Positions 50,605-60,989 of a stretch of DNA of 64,000 bases are shown here, piece by piece. The stretch is from Thermoplasmata archaeon (GTDB lineage Archaea > Thermoplasmatota > Thermoplasmata > Thermoplasmatales > GCA-001856825), in contig JAJYUZ010000004.1 in NCBI GenBank assembly GCA_021792255.1, positions 99,468 through 163,467 on the forward strand. Direction: 5' to 3'. A program made the position numbers and the translations under genes. The notes below the pieces were generated by a model. It saw nothing but the letters and a program-made list of their open reading frames with translations. It was not told where the DNA came from and did not search any database. The first letter of the stretch is position 1, and the number at the start of each line of letters is the position of its first letter.

Positions 50605-50760
50605 GTGGAGAAAAGAAAGACATCAATAAATGTAGATCCTGACCTGTGGAATCAGTGGCTTCATTTTGTTTTAGATGAAACGGGTTCAACGAAGAAAGTA
50701 AGCGAAGAATTTGAAAAGGCACTTAAATTCTATATGAAGAGTAGAAATAAGGTTCATTGA
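50605..50760 (+). CDS. 51-aa ribbon-helix-helix DNA-binding protein, below the ORF-track cutoff
   Basis: MEKRKTSINVDPDLWNQWLHFVLDETGSTKKVSEEFEKALKFYMKSRNKVH: KTSINVD strand followed by two helices. Confidence 0.78.
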   Translation: MEKRKTSINVDPDLWNQWLHFVLDETGSTKKVSEEFEKALKFYMKSRNKVH

Positions 50761-50810
50761 ATTGAACGTAACTTTTCATACGACCTGTAGACAATTCCAG
50801 CCGGAATTTA

Positions 50811-53696
50811 CTATCCCTTAGCTTGTAATTCTTCGGCTATTATAGGGTATAAGTCGTCGATTATCTCATTTGCCTCATTTTTATCAAGACCCAAAATTTC
50901 TAGTACAGTAGAATCGAGAAGTCTTCGTTCGTCTATGTTCTTAACATACTGTTCAAGAATAGATGGGAAGTCAAATTTCTTTAGGCGTTCAAATAAAGTC
51001 TTGAGGACAAATTTCCGCTTGTCATCTAATCTGTCAAAGTTCAGTATGTCAAATGAAATCAGTTCACTTTCTCTTATATCAGTGAAGCCACCTGTTGTTT
51101 GTTCGCGATATGATAGTATATTTGCAATTGTTATGCTACTGTTAAGGAGTAGGGTTTGAGTAAATGCTTCTTCTTCACTTTTGAAATTTAAATTCTTGAA
51201 CGTATCTGGAGCAACAATTTTCTTGCTGGAGTAAAATGCAAAATGGTGAGTATTCCCTGAGTTTGGTCTGAATCTACGGCCAACGACCACATAACTCTCT
51301 TTCTTAGCAACATTCTTTTCGTGTTCTATCCAATTAAATTGTCCCTTCCACTTGGATATCGCTAATATTCTATTGAAGTTCTGAGGCTCACGAACGAGTA
51401 TATAATCGATTGATTCTGGGTTGAATGTTTTAACCGCAGTCAACGTTCTTAGTGCTGGCTTTATTGCGGAGTAAGGAATTTCTAGAGAGAAACTTCCATT
51501 TCCTAATTCTACACCTACTGAAGTTTTATATTCATTCTTGAGTACCAGGAATGCTCTCTCTACTCTTGCTTTGTCTGTAGAACGGGTTATAAAGACCAGT
51601 TCTGAAAGACCTGCTGGAGATGCATGGAACCCTTCTGAAATTATATCTCGAGGAATTTTCATCAATAGTCCATTTGACCTTGATCTGACTTTCTGCAAAA
51701 ACGAATCTAAAACATTTTTGTTTCTATATGAAGTAAATCCAATGAGAGGCATCAGATTGTCAGAATTTTCATTTAAACTCAGAGTTTTTATAAACTTGAC
51801 TTCAAACTGATTGGTGCTTTCGTCTCTGTGTGCCAGATAACAGGAGTTAAGTTCATAAGTTAGTTCCTTTAGTTCCTTCTCAGACATTTCTCTAATAGAT
51901 TTCTTTAGTGTTACAATTCCAGTATAGTCTATACTTTCAGGTTTTCCTTTCCTTGCAATGTATAACAAATCCTTAAAAGAAGAACCTTCGCTAAATGCAC
52001 GGTCTTTCAAAGGCTTTACAAAAAACTTGGCTTTATAATTTCGTAAAATGAATTCTCTTATCAGTCGAGTTGCTCTTCCTCTTGCAATATTTATTGGAAT
52101 TACGGCTGCAATTTTTCCATTAGATTTAAGCAGTTTATCACCGAGTGCCAAGAAATAACCCCAAAGATTTACTTGATTACCGCATATTCCGCGTAAGGTG
52201 TTCGAATTTAATTTGTCTCTCATTTCCCTAGGCATCTTTTCCCTATCACTGAAGGGAGGATTCATTATGACCAAATCAACTGGACGTAGAGGGAATGCCG
52301 AACCTCTGCCCTCACTAGAAACTGAGCCTTTTTTTCTCAGCAGTCTGTCATTATCTTCCTCTACAAGTGATTTCTGTATTGTTGCAGAATAGGGCTTTAC
52401 AACATATTTTCCTCTCTTGAATTGTGTTGTATCAAGTACTTCTGCCAACTCTAATGAATCCTGGGTCGCTATTCTCACGATGTTAGTCTTTTCTTCTATA
52501 CTCTGCATTGTTAAGTTAATGGCAGAAATGTGAGCGGCAAATGGCATTATGTCGATACCTGTTATGTCATCTTCAACGAATTTCCTATGAATTTTAGCTA
52601 GGTCTCTATCCCCGTATTCCTCCTGATATAAGTCTCTCTTTCTGTTGTAGCTAGAAACAAGAAGAGTTCCCGATCCGCATGCAGGATCAATGAGTGTTTC
52701 ACTCCATTTGTCTATTGCGAGTCCCGTCAACAAATCCGCTGAAGCAGGATGTGTATAAAATGCGGCTAAGATTTTTCTTACCTCAAACGGAATTAAATCA
52801 TGAAAAAATCTCCCTGCCAAGTCGTGTGTGATGTACTCAGCTCTCAGTAATTTTATAGCTTTAATTACCTCGTTAAGAATTTCTATTACATCCTTTGTTT
52901 CTGGAATATGAGCTAGAAGATTAACGCTATAAATTGATTTGTAATCTATATCTGTTATTTTATCGAAATAAGTCTTTATCCCTTGTAGGTGTTTTATTTC
53001 TTCCAAATCGAAAAAAGCATCATCGTCAAACTTAGCCTTCCTCTTGTATATGTGATAGAAGAGCAACTGATTGAATAGAAGAAATGATGCAAGATTTGTG
53101 ACTTGCTTTTTAGCAACCTCCTTATCTTTAATCTCTCCAATGGAAACGAATAAGTCAAGTTTGTTTACAACTTCAGAAACAAGTTCATCTGTTCGAATCT
53201 TAAAGACAACGGAATTGAGGTCGCTGGCGTATCTTTCAATCAATTTTACGGTGGTTGCGAAGTCAATCTTTGTCTCTCTTGCATCTATCAACCTCTTTAG
53301 TTGCTGAAAAAAAGAGGTAGGATTAGACGAAACAGTTTCGGTCCACAGATCTGTGAGAGTTGTGATACTCAGATTTGCATTCAGTGCGATCCGTCTAACT
53401 ATTTCATAATCGGTTATCGCTTCTTTACGTATTGAATCAGGATATATTAGAATAATAATATTTGGGGTTTTCAATCTTGTTCCATAATCATAAGCTTGAG
53501 CTACTGCTTTTAACCCTACAAGTTCAGGTTTTCCAACTTTAACTTCGATAACAAAGGACAAAGAGCCATATCTGAACAAAATATCCGGTTCGACGTCTTC
53601 GACAATCGTATTCCCAATTGCTTCGAATCCTAGCTCTTGAAGAAGTTTAATGATCGGAGGGTACAATGTAGTTTCTTCAATTCTCGGGTAAGCCAT
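50811..53696 (-). CDS. type IIG-like fused restriction endonuclease/N6-adenine methyltransferase
   Basis: N-terminal PD..VIEVK, AFYT, DPACGSG, GIDI, MNPPF; 961 aa. Confidence 0.9.
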   Translation of the reverse strand: MAYPRIEETTLYPPIIKLLQELGFEAIGNTIVEDVEPDILFRYGSLSFVIEVKVGKPELVGLKAVAQAYDYGTRLKTPNIIILIYPDSIRKEAITDYEIVRRIALNANLSITTLTDLWTETVSSNPTSFFQQLKRLIDARETKIDFATTVKLIERYASDLNSVVFKIRTDELVSEVVNKLDLFVSIGEIKDKEVAKKQVTNLASFLLFNQLLFYHIYKRKAKFDDDAFFDLEEIKHLQGIKTYFDKITDIDYKSIYSVNLLAHIPETKDVIEILNEVIKAIKLLRAEYITHDLAGRFFHDLIPFEVRKILAAFYTHPASADLLTGLAIDKWSETLIDPACGSGTLLVSSYNRKRDLYQEEYGDRDLAKIHRKFVEDDITGIDIMPFAAHISAINLTMQSIEEKTNIVRIATQDSLELAEVLDTTQFKRGKYVVKPYSATIQKSLVEEDNDRLLRKKGSVSSEGRGSAFPLRPVDLVIMNPPFSDREKMPREMRDKLNSNTLRGICGNQVNLWGYFLALGDKLLKSNGKIAAVIPINIARGRATRLIREFILRNYKAKFFVKPLKDRAFSEGSSFKDLLYIARKGKPESIDYTGIVTLKKSIREMSEKELKELTYELNSCYLAHRDESTNQFEVKFIKTLSLNENSDNLMPLIGFTSYRNKNVLDSFLQKVRSRSNGLLMKIPRDIISEGFHASPAGLSELVFITRSTDKARVERAFLVLKNEYKTSVGVELGNGSFSLEIPYSAIKPALRTLTAVKTFNPESIDYILVREPQNFNRILAISKWKGQFNWIEHEKNVAKKESYVVVGRRFRPNSGNTHHFAFYSSKKIVAPDTFKNLNFKSEEEAFTQTLLLNSSITIANILSYREQTTGGFTDIRESELISFDILNFDRLDDKRKFVLKTLFERLKKFDFPSILEQYVKNIDERRLLDSTVLEILGLDKNEANEIIDDLYPIIAEELQAKG

Positions 53697-54320
53697 TAGT
53701 TTTTCACCTTTGCTGTCACAAACAGTCTCTTTTTTGTCATACCAATCTGTTTCTTATGATACCATAGTATCACGTTACTTATCCTTTATTGTAATGAGCT
53801 GCTTAGAATAAGAAAAGAGAAAATAAGGGTGGGAAGAATATAAAGGAAGGAAACAGATATTAGAGATAGAAAGGGAGGTGTAATTGCAGGATCCACACCT
53901 TATTTTAACTCGCTATTTGTTTTGGACGGCCATAAACGGTAAAAACTCGATGTTCAGGCAGGTTAATGGCTCCCTCAGATCCTTCGAACCCTCCCCTTAT
54001 AAGAAGTCAATATGAACCGTGCACTACAACGCCTTAACAACCTGACTGCAAGTATTGCTACTAAAATCAGTACGCTTTGAATCAAAAATAAGAGTCTTGA
54101 CTCTTCGCCATTCGATTAATCTCATTAGGTGAATCTAAAGTTATTCACCGGTTTTGCTTCACTTTCTGAGGACATCTATCTCGTGACAAGAATGGTATAA
54201 TTTTCCTCTTGCTAAGAGCATAAGATCACTTGGTGAGTTCTCGAAAAGGGACTTTCCCTTAAGCTAAAAAAGTTATAATATCTGATGATCTTAGTAGAAT
54301 GATTATAGGAGTGAGACCAA

Positions 54321-56120
54321 CTGAACCCGAATGATTCACATAGCGGCATTAAAATTACAGAGATAAGAATTCGCAATTTCAGATCTTTGAAGAGTGTAAG
54401 TGTGCCATTAAACTGGTTGACAGTTTTGATCGGAGAAAATAATGCTGGAAAAAGTAACTTCATTGAGGCGATGAGAATAGCTATAGGTATAGGCGCAAGA
54501 AGAATTGAGAAAGAAGATATTTACGTCGATGTCGAAGAGACAGATCCTCCTGAGGATAGAGAGGCTATTATTGATTTGTTGTTAAGGCCAATTGATAATC
54601 AAGGTGAAACCATTAGCAAATTTCCCGACAACGACTATTGGCTAAACCTATGGGGGGCTGGTATATCGGAAAACGACACTCTTGGTGAATTCATGGCAAT
54701 CAGAACAAGACTATACTGGAACAAGGAAGAAATGAGATATGAAATTGAAAGAAAATACCTAAAGGATTGGCAGCATGATCCAGAAAAAATCGGCCAATCC
54801 AAGACGAAAGAAATAATACGTTTTGATCAGATAGAACCCGTATCTTTATATGTCTTAGACACAAACAGAGATGTTAAAAATGATCTTGTAAAGACTGGTT
54901 CTATATGGCATCAGATGGTTTCTGCCACCAAATTTGACGATTCAGACAGCAAAGATATCGAAGGCAAAATCGAAGAATTGAATCAAATAATAAATTCAAA
55001 CAAGTTTATAGTGGAGATTAAAGAAGGTCTGAAGGAGCTTAGTAAGACTTTTAATTCAGGAAGTGACTCCGTTGCGCTAACCTCTATACCCAGTAGGACA
55101 AGAGATTTGATGGACAATGTTGGTATTAACTTTGCAACAAATGGGGCAGGCTCATTCCCAATCGAACGACATAGCTCTGGTACCAGAAGTGTCGCATCAG
55201 TTTTAATTTTTAAGACTTACATAGAACGGAGAATGAAACTGGATAATGAACGGAAAATACACCCAGTTTTAGCAATTGAAGAACCTGAGACCCATTTGCA
55301 TCCTCAAGCAGAAGACTCGTTCTATAGAATCGTAAAGAATTTTTATGGTCAAAAAGTAATAAGTACCCATTCTCCTCGAGTGGCAAGTTTATCAGGACTT
55401 CGAGATCTACGGTACTTCTACAAGACTGGCAGTGAGACAAATATTGTCTCGATGGAAAACGATTTCTTATTGGAAGAAGACGAACACCTTGTTAGAAGAA
55501 AAGTCCTAAAAACACATGGTGATATATTTTACTCTAGAGCAATCGTTTTGTATGAAGGAGAGGAAACGGAGGATCAAGTACTTCCGCTTTTTGCATTAGA
55601 GTACTGGGAAGAAGAATATTCCTCTTTGGGAATCACTATGGTAAATGTAAATGGACAAAAGTACTATCCTTTCCTTCTACTTGCCAAGACCTTCCAAATT
55701 AAGTGGTACATATTTTCAGACGGGGAGCCTAATACTGTTGCAGCTGTTGAGAATGCTGTAAATAAGATTGGTACCAAAATTGTTTCGCCAAATATTGTCA
55801 TACTCCCAGACGGAAAGAGTTTCGAGAAATACATATCAAGTAACGAATATAAAGAAGTATTAAAGGAAATGATTGTAAATGTCAAAAGCAAAAACGAATA
55901 TCATAAAAGGGCACTTGAAGCAGAGTGTGAAAAGTGGACTTTAGATGACTTAATTAACGAGTTAAAGGATAATAAAACATTATATGCTCCAAGAATAGCT
56001 CCTGCGATTTTATCTGTCAAAGACGAAGAACTTCGATTTCCTGCAAAAATAAGAGAACTGTTTGAAAAGATTTCTAATGATTTTGGTTTTAAAAGGAGGG
56101 ATATAGATCATAGATCCTAG
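54321..56120 (+). CDS. OLD-family ABC-ATPase/TOPRIM nuclease (GajA-like)
   Basis: IRIRNFRSL, GENNAGKS, SSGT, IEEPETHLHPQ, STHSP, TOPRIM YEGE.E and SDGE; start appears non-canonical (CTG 54321 or ATT 54348; ORF track uses TTG 54387). Confidence 0.9.
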   Translation: MNPNDSHSGIKITEIRIRNFRSLKSVSVPLNWLTVLIGENNAGKSNFIEAMRIAIGIGARRIEKEDIYVDVEETDPPEDREAIIDLLLRPIDNQGETISKFPDNDYWLNLWGAGISENDTLGEFMAIRTRLYWNKEEMRYEIERKYLKDWQHDPEKIGQSKTKEIIRFDQIEPVSLYVLDTNRDVKNDLVKTGSIWHQMVSATKFDDSDSKDIEGKIEELNQIINSNKFIVEIKEGLKELSKTFNSGSDSVALTSIPSRTRDLMDNVGINFATNGAGSFPIERHSSGTRSVASVLIFKTYIERRMKLDNERKIHPVLAIEEPETHLHPQAEDSFYRIVKNFYGQKVISTHSPRVASLSGLRDLRYFYKTGSETNIVSMENDFLLEEDEHLVRRKVLKTHGDIFYSRAIVLYEGEETEDQVLPLFALEYWEEEYSSLGITMVNVNGQKYYPFLLLAKTFQIKWYIFSDGEPNTVAAVENAVNKIGTKIVSPNIVILPDGKSFEKYISSNEYKEVLKEMIVNVKSKNEYHKRALEAECEKWTLDDLINELKDNKTLYAPRIAPAILSVKDEELRFPAKIRELFEKISNDFGFKRRDIDHRS

Positions 56121-56121
56121 A

Positions 56122-57963
56122 TTGACAGAAAAACAGCGAGAAATTATTGAATCAAGCAATGAATCAATGTTAGTGGTTGCTGGCCCCGGCGCGGGAAAGA
56201 CTAAAGTGATAACTGATCGAGTAAAGTACGTACTTACAAACATAAGTGGCAACTTTCGTGTATTGGCTCTCACGTTCACGAACAAAGCAGCTAACGAAAT
56301 GAAAGACCGGTTATACGAAATTCCCGATCTGGAAAAGAGGGCCTTTGTCGGCACTATTCATAGTTTCTGTAGTTCAATATTGAAAAACAGGGGGGAACCT
56401 GTAGGTTTGGGAGATGATCTGCATATTCTGAACACAATCGAGGATAGGAAGAAAGTACTGATAGAGTCATTAAATCTCGATCCAGAGCTCAAGAATACTC
56501 TAAAAAGTACTTTAAGTGATCAAAATCAGGAAAAATTGTTGTCTAAGTGGCTAGAAGCCATTAGTCAATTTAAACGAGATCTTATTCTACCAGAAATGGT
56601 AAAAGAAGAGACAGATAGACGAATTTACGAAATTTATGACTCGACTATGAGAGCGTCGAATCTTTTTGATTTCGACGATTTGTTACTGAAAACCTATACA
56701 CTCTTTGTCAGTAACCCTTCTATTCCAGAGTTCTATAGAAGGCTGTACAAGTATATTTGTATCGATGAAGCTCAAGATCTTAATAGAGCACAATATGAAA
56801 TAATCAGATTAATGTGCGAGTCAAATCACAATAATGTCTTGATGGTAGGAGATCCTAATCAATCAATATTCGGTTTTGTAGGAGCTAATAAAAAGTATAT
56901 GGACTTGTTTGAAAAAGATTTTGATGCCAGAAAGATACATTTGGATGAAAATTTCCGCTCAGCCAAAGCAATAACGACCGCAGCCCGCAAAATAATTCCT
57001 GATGTGGACATCAATGAAAATCTGCCCGTAAATGGAGTTGTGTCCCTTATCGTAGGAAACGATGAAAAAGAAGAAGCCGAACTAGTCCTGAAAAAGTTGA
57101 AGGAGTTTGTTAACAATGCCGATTCAACTGAAGATAAACTTACTTGGAACAGTTGTGCTTTGATTGGGCGTAATAGATACGTCTTGTATCCTATCGAGTC
57201 GGAACTCATATCGAACGGAATACCCTACTATAAGCAAGAATCTATCAAGCAATTAAGCGAATCAGATCTGATGAAAGAATTCGAATTGGGACTTGAAATT
57301 CTATCTAATCCTCAAGATTTGCTCCATCTGAAGGCTCTGCTGAGTAGATGGAATTCATCGGTAGATCCTAGAGATCTCGTAGATTCCGGAATTCAAGGAC
57401 AAGAGGTCATAAAAAGACTTAAGAATTTAAGTGTTACAAAAAACGATGTGGTATTAGAGGCCCTTTCAAAGGTCTCGACTGGACCCAATAAATTCTCTCT
57501 GAATGAGTCATTAGTATTTTTGAAAAATAGTACAGCTGGAATAAGAGATACTGAAGAAAGAGAACTACTGATAAAGGATATCACGGAGTGGAACACTCTG
57601 TGGAATTATTATCTAAGAAATCAAAATCTTATAGAGCGTTCACCAGCTAAATTTTTGAACTTTACAAGCGAACGCTCGATCAAAAAGGAGGACAATAATG
57701 GACTTGCTTTACTGACAGTTCACTCTGCGAAGGGACTGGAGTTCGAATTAGTAGTAGTTATGGGGATGGTTGAGGGGGTATTTCCAGACTATAGGGCACA
57801 TGGAAAAGATCTGGACGAGGAAAAGAGGAATGCATTCGTATCGATTACAAGGTCTAAACGTTTTCTTTTTTTGTCTTATCCCAAAACTAGACTAATGCCA
57901 TGGGGGGAAATATTCAAGGTCAAGCCGTCGAGATTTCTATTCGATATTGGTCTACTCCCGTAG
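56122..57963 (+). CDS. UvrD/Rep SF1 helicase (GajB-like)
   Basis: AGPGAGKT, TFTNKAA, IDEAQD, VGDPNQSIFGF, NFRS, TVHSAKGLEF, FVSITRSK; follows the OLD nuclease. Confidence 0.92.
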   Translation: MTEKQREIIESSNESMLVVAGPGAGKTKVITDRVKYVLTNISGNFRVLALTFTNKAANEMKDRLYEIPDLEKRAFVGTIHSFCSSILKNRGEPVGLGDDLHILNTIEDRKKVLIESLNLDPELKNTLKSTLSDQNQEKLLSKWLEAISQFKRDLILPEMVKEETDRRIYEIYDSTMRASNLFDFDDLLLKTYTLFVSNPSIPEFYRRLYKYICIDEAQDLNRAQYEIIRLMCESNHNNVLMVGDPNQSIFGFVGANKKYMDLFEKDFDARKIHLDENFRSAKAITTAARKIIPDVDINENLPVNGVVSLIVGNDEKEEAELVLKKLKEFVNNADSTEDKLTWNSCALIGRNRYVLYPIESELISNGIPYYKQESIKQLSESDLMKEFELGLEILSNPQDLLHLKALLSRWNSSVDPRDLVDSGIQGQEVIKRLKNLSVTKNDVVLEALSKVSTGPNKFSLNESLVFLKNSTAGIRDTEERELLIKDITEWNTLWNYYLRNQNLIERSPAKFLNFTSERSIKKEDNNGLALLTVHSAKGLEFELVVVMGMVEGVFPDYRAHGKDLDEEKRNAFVSITRSKRFLFLSYPKTRLMPWGEIFKVKPSRFLFDIGLLP

Positions 57964-58596
57964 ACAAGAACTCTCCATACCTAGTAAATCTCAGCAGACT
58001 TTTGATCCAATAACTAGATAGATTATGTCGAATCCTTTTCGATTTTTAGTTTTAAGATAGATCTTAGATACCAAATGAACATCATTTGACACTTTGTGAC
58101 GTAGTCTTTACTCATTATATGATTTGACGAAATTTCTGTGGGTAGGAGGTTTGGTAACATGGCAGCACATAATAGTCTAAAATCTGAACGGGTTCCCCTT
58201 TTGCGCCATTTCCAAGTGTTACAAATGTACTTAATGCCTCCCTTTGTCCAAGAGCAAGCAGATTGGGCCTCTTACACATGTTGACTATGCTCTAAAGGGG
58301 CAATCTGATGAAAATCGCTTTAGAGAACTTTTCCATGTTTTTGTCTCTTATCTGAAATGATTAATCATATTTGGAAAACTAGATTTATCTCATATTAACC
58401 CTTCAAATGCAGAAAGCGTAGTTCAGTCTATGTTCAACGATTTCTGCAATAAATGTGGATTCAAGACTTCTGTAATGGAAGAAATATGGGAAGAGGTTCA
58501 TAGAATTTTCAATTATAAACGGAAGAATTGAATAAGAGTGATATGCCCAAATGTAATCGATATCGCCCTTAAATTGACATTTAGTATGTCTTTTAG

Positions 58597-59673
58597 TCAA
58601 TTTCCTGAAGGAGTAATAGTGTTGAGATACTCAGTAGCTTCTTTCCTTGTGGTCAGTTCCTTCCTAACGTATTTAATGTCTTCAGTGCTTTTTTCATGAA
58701 TATTACCCAGATATCGGGATTGTTCCCCATAAATAGATGCCTTCAATTTGTTTGAGTTATATGAAGAAATATTCTGATTTGTATAATCGTAAACAAATTC
58801 TGCAAGGTCAAAATCTACTCTCTTATTAGTGTTGCTTCCTCCTCCCCCAGGAAGAACGGCATTTGAAGCCCCTATTATGTCGAATCCAAGGAATGACAAC
58901 AAGAATTCCTTTGCTAGGTCTCTCTTCTTATTCTTGCTCATTCGGGGTCTACTAACGTTATAAGCGTAATATATTGGGTAATAACCCTCAGTTATGTATT
59001 TTCGTTTGAGCTCAAGCAACTTTGCTATAGACCTCATGTATCCGTCCGGGTTGGCTCTCTTAAAATCTATCATCAGTGGTATAGCATTCAATTTTTCTCC
59101 ACCTTCCGAGATTACTTGCTCCTTTGCCTTACCGGAGTAGAAATTGACGTACTTCTCCAGATCATTATAGCTAACATATGCTGGGATATAACCTAAGAGA
59201 TTTTTCCCGTCTAGCACACTTGAAAATGTCTCGTAAATCTTGGTGCTTTCTTTAAAAATCTCTTCAAAAGCTCCCTCTCTGTAGAACTTAAAGGAATATG
59301 GCATACCGATCAAATGATCATTAAACAACACTTCAAATTTGCTGAGTAATCCTATGTCTTCGAAGTTTGCAACTTTTTGCGGGTCTACTTCTTTATCTCC
59401 GAAGAAAGAAAATACATTTATGTTTCCTTCGACTTCTTTCTTCTTGATCCTTTGTTCTATTCTCTTATCAAATTCCTGGTAGCTATCTTCACCTGGCAAG
59501 TCGTCTGAGCTAATTGGGACGAGAACTTCTGAAAAGTATTGATCATTAATGACCCCGGGAACCTTTCTGAAAGCACGAGAAGGTGTCTTTCTTCTAATTC
59601 CTTCTCTATTTGATACAGAAAGAGAATAAATGTTACTATCATTTTCACTTCCAGGCAAAAGATTAAATCTCAT
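58597..59673 (-). CDS. hypothetical protein, possible TGT-like TIM barrel
   Basis: 358 aa alpha/beta pattern (KTP, LLGYIP, MIDF, YAYNV, LGFDIIG); fold guess only. Confidence 0.6.
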   Translation of the reverse strand: MRFNLLPGSENDSNIYSLSVSNREGIRRKTPSRAFRKVPGVINDQYFSEVLVPISSDDLPGEDSYQEFDKRIEQRIKKKEVEGNINVFSFFGDKEVDPQKVANFEDIGLLSKFEVLFNDHLIGMPYSFKFYREGAFEEIFKESTKIYETFSSVLDGKNLLGYIPAYVSYNDLEKYVNFYSGKAKEQVISEGGEKLNAIPLMIDFKRANPDGYMRSIAKLLELKRKYITEGYYPIYYAYNVSRPRMSKNKKRDLAKEFLLSFLGFDIIGASNAVLPGGGGSNTNKRVDFDLAEFVYDYTNQNISSYNSNKLKASIYGEQSRYLGNIHEKSTEDIKYVRKELTTRKEATEYLNTITPSGN

Positions 59674-59726
59674 AACAATCGATATTGATTACTAAACATA
59701 TATATTTTCCCAAATGATAGACTTCT

Positions 59727-60326
59727 GTGCCTAAAGAACAAAGGAAGAAAACACTTGACCTATTCACTATTGGCGACCTTATAGACAAGGCAATCGTCTT
59801 TCTAGCAACGAACAATACTATCACAACACTAAGCTTACAAAAGGCAATATTCCTCTACTTGTATTCATACGCTGTTACTAACGGTTATGATTTCAATAAT
59901 GTTCTTAGAATGGCTTCATTCGAACCGTATAGGTTTGGCCCCTTCAGTGATGCTGTAGTCGGTCAAGCAGAAACGCTGGTTGGATACGGGAAAATCCGAA
60001 GTGGAGGATCTGGCGAGAAGCAAATCTTCGGTACGATTGACAAAGGTCTTGAAAAGCTTAATTTGAGCAAAGACGAAAAGAGACTACTCACTAATATTAA
60101 AAAACTGGTTGAAACCCTTGAACCAATGGAATTAACTTTTTACATCTATTTCAATCCGTTAATAGATCAGTCACTAAGAGATTATTTCACTTCAAAGTCA
60201 GAAATAAAGGATAGCCTATTAAAGCGCAAGGATACTTATGTCAGAGACCTTCTTAAAAAGGGTGCAATTGACGAAGAAACTGCCGAATTGATGATTTATG
60301 GGAACAATCAAGACACGATTAATTGA
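59727..60326 (+). CDS. SocA/Panacea (DUF4065)-like antitoxin
   Basis: LSLQKAIFLY...FEPYRFGPFSDAV motif. Confidence 0.7.
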   Translation: MPKEQRKKTLDLFTIGDLIDKAIVFLATNNTITTLSLQKAIFLYLYSYAVTNGYDFNNVLRMASFEPYRFGPFSDAVVGQAETLVGYGKIRSGGSGEKQIFGTIDKGLEKLNLSKDEKRLLTNIKKLVETLEPMELTFYIYFNPLIDQSLRDYFTSKSEIKDSLLKRKDTYVRDLLKKGAIDEETAELMIYGNNQDTIN

Positions 60327-60861
60327 CACGGATGTCATATCAAATATTTTGAAAACCCTTCCCAAGGGAACCATTAAATATGAAATCAATGAATTGGAGA
60401 ACTTTAGAATCGTAACGTCAAACATAGTTGAAAAGGAGGTTCGGATTTTGCTAAGGAAGATTGAAAATGGTGATACTCGTGGATTAAGAGGTAAAAAAGT
60501 TTTAACAGAAGAAACAGTTTCCCTCTGGAAGCAATTTAAAAATGTAATTGAAATCAAAGAATCTATTGTTGATCCTTCTCAACTTAAGAATGTTGGTGAA
60601 AGGTCGCTTGTAAACTTGTTGAAAAGAGCTGATTTGAAATCTAGAATTGTATCAAATAACAGAGAACATGTCCTAAAAATCTTAAAAGAAGAAGGGATAA
60701 ATGGAAATTTCTTGGAAACGCCATTTGAATTCTATGAAGAATTAGGGAGAGAATGGTTCAGGAGTAGAAGCGAAACGATTCTGTTTATGATTTTTGCTAA
60801 TCACGACTTCCGCATCTTAGATAAGAAGTATACTGGAGATATTTTGAGATACGTTCACTAA
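60298..60861 (+). CDS. PIN-domain protein (putative ribonuclease toxin)
   Basis: LIDTDV, IVEKEV, VGERSL, IVSNN; overlaps the upstream gene. Confidence 0.68.
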   Translation: MGTIKTRLIDTDVISNILKTLPKGTIKYEINELENFRIVTSNIVEKEVRILLRKIENGDTRGLRGKKVLTEETVSLWKQFKNVIEIKESIVDPSQLKNVGERSLVNLLKRADLKSRIVSNNREHVLKILKEEGINGNFLETPFEFYEELGREWFRSRSETILFMIFANHDFRILDKKYTGDILRYVH

Positions 60862-60989
60862 CCAACTTACTTCTGCATAATTTCTGTTCACTCAACTGAA
60901 GATAGATAGGACATTTTAGAGCCGATATAGGCTCGGCTAATAGGTTTAAGTTCCAATGAATTCTTGGGATTTGCATGATAAAATAAGTA

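Noticed and set aside
58159-58600. Small ORFs between uvrD and the 358-aa gene
   Set aside because: Fragmented plus-strand frames after an SD and an implausible minus-strand ORF; unassignable remnant
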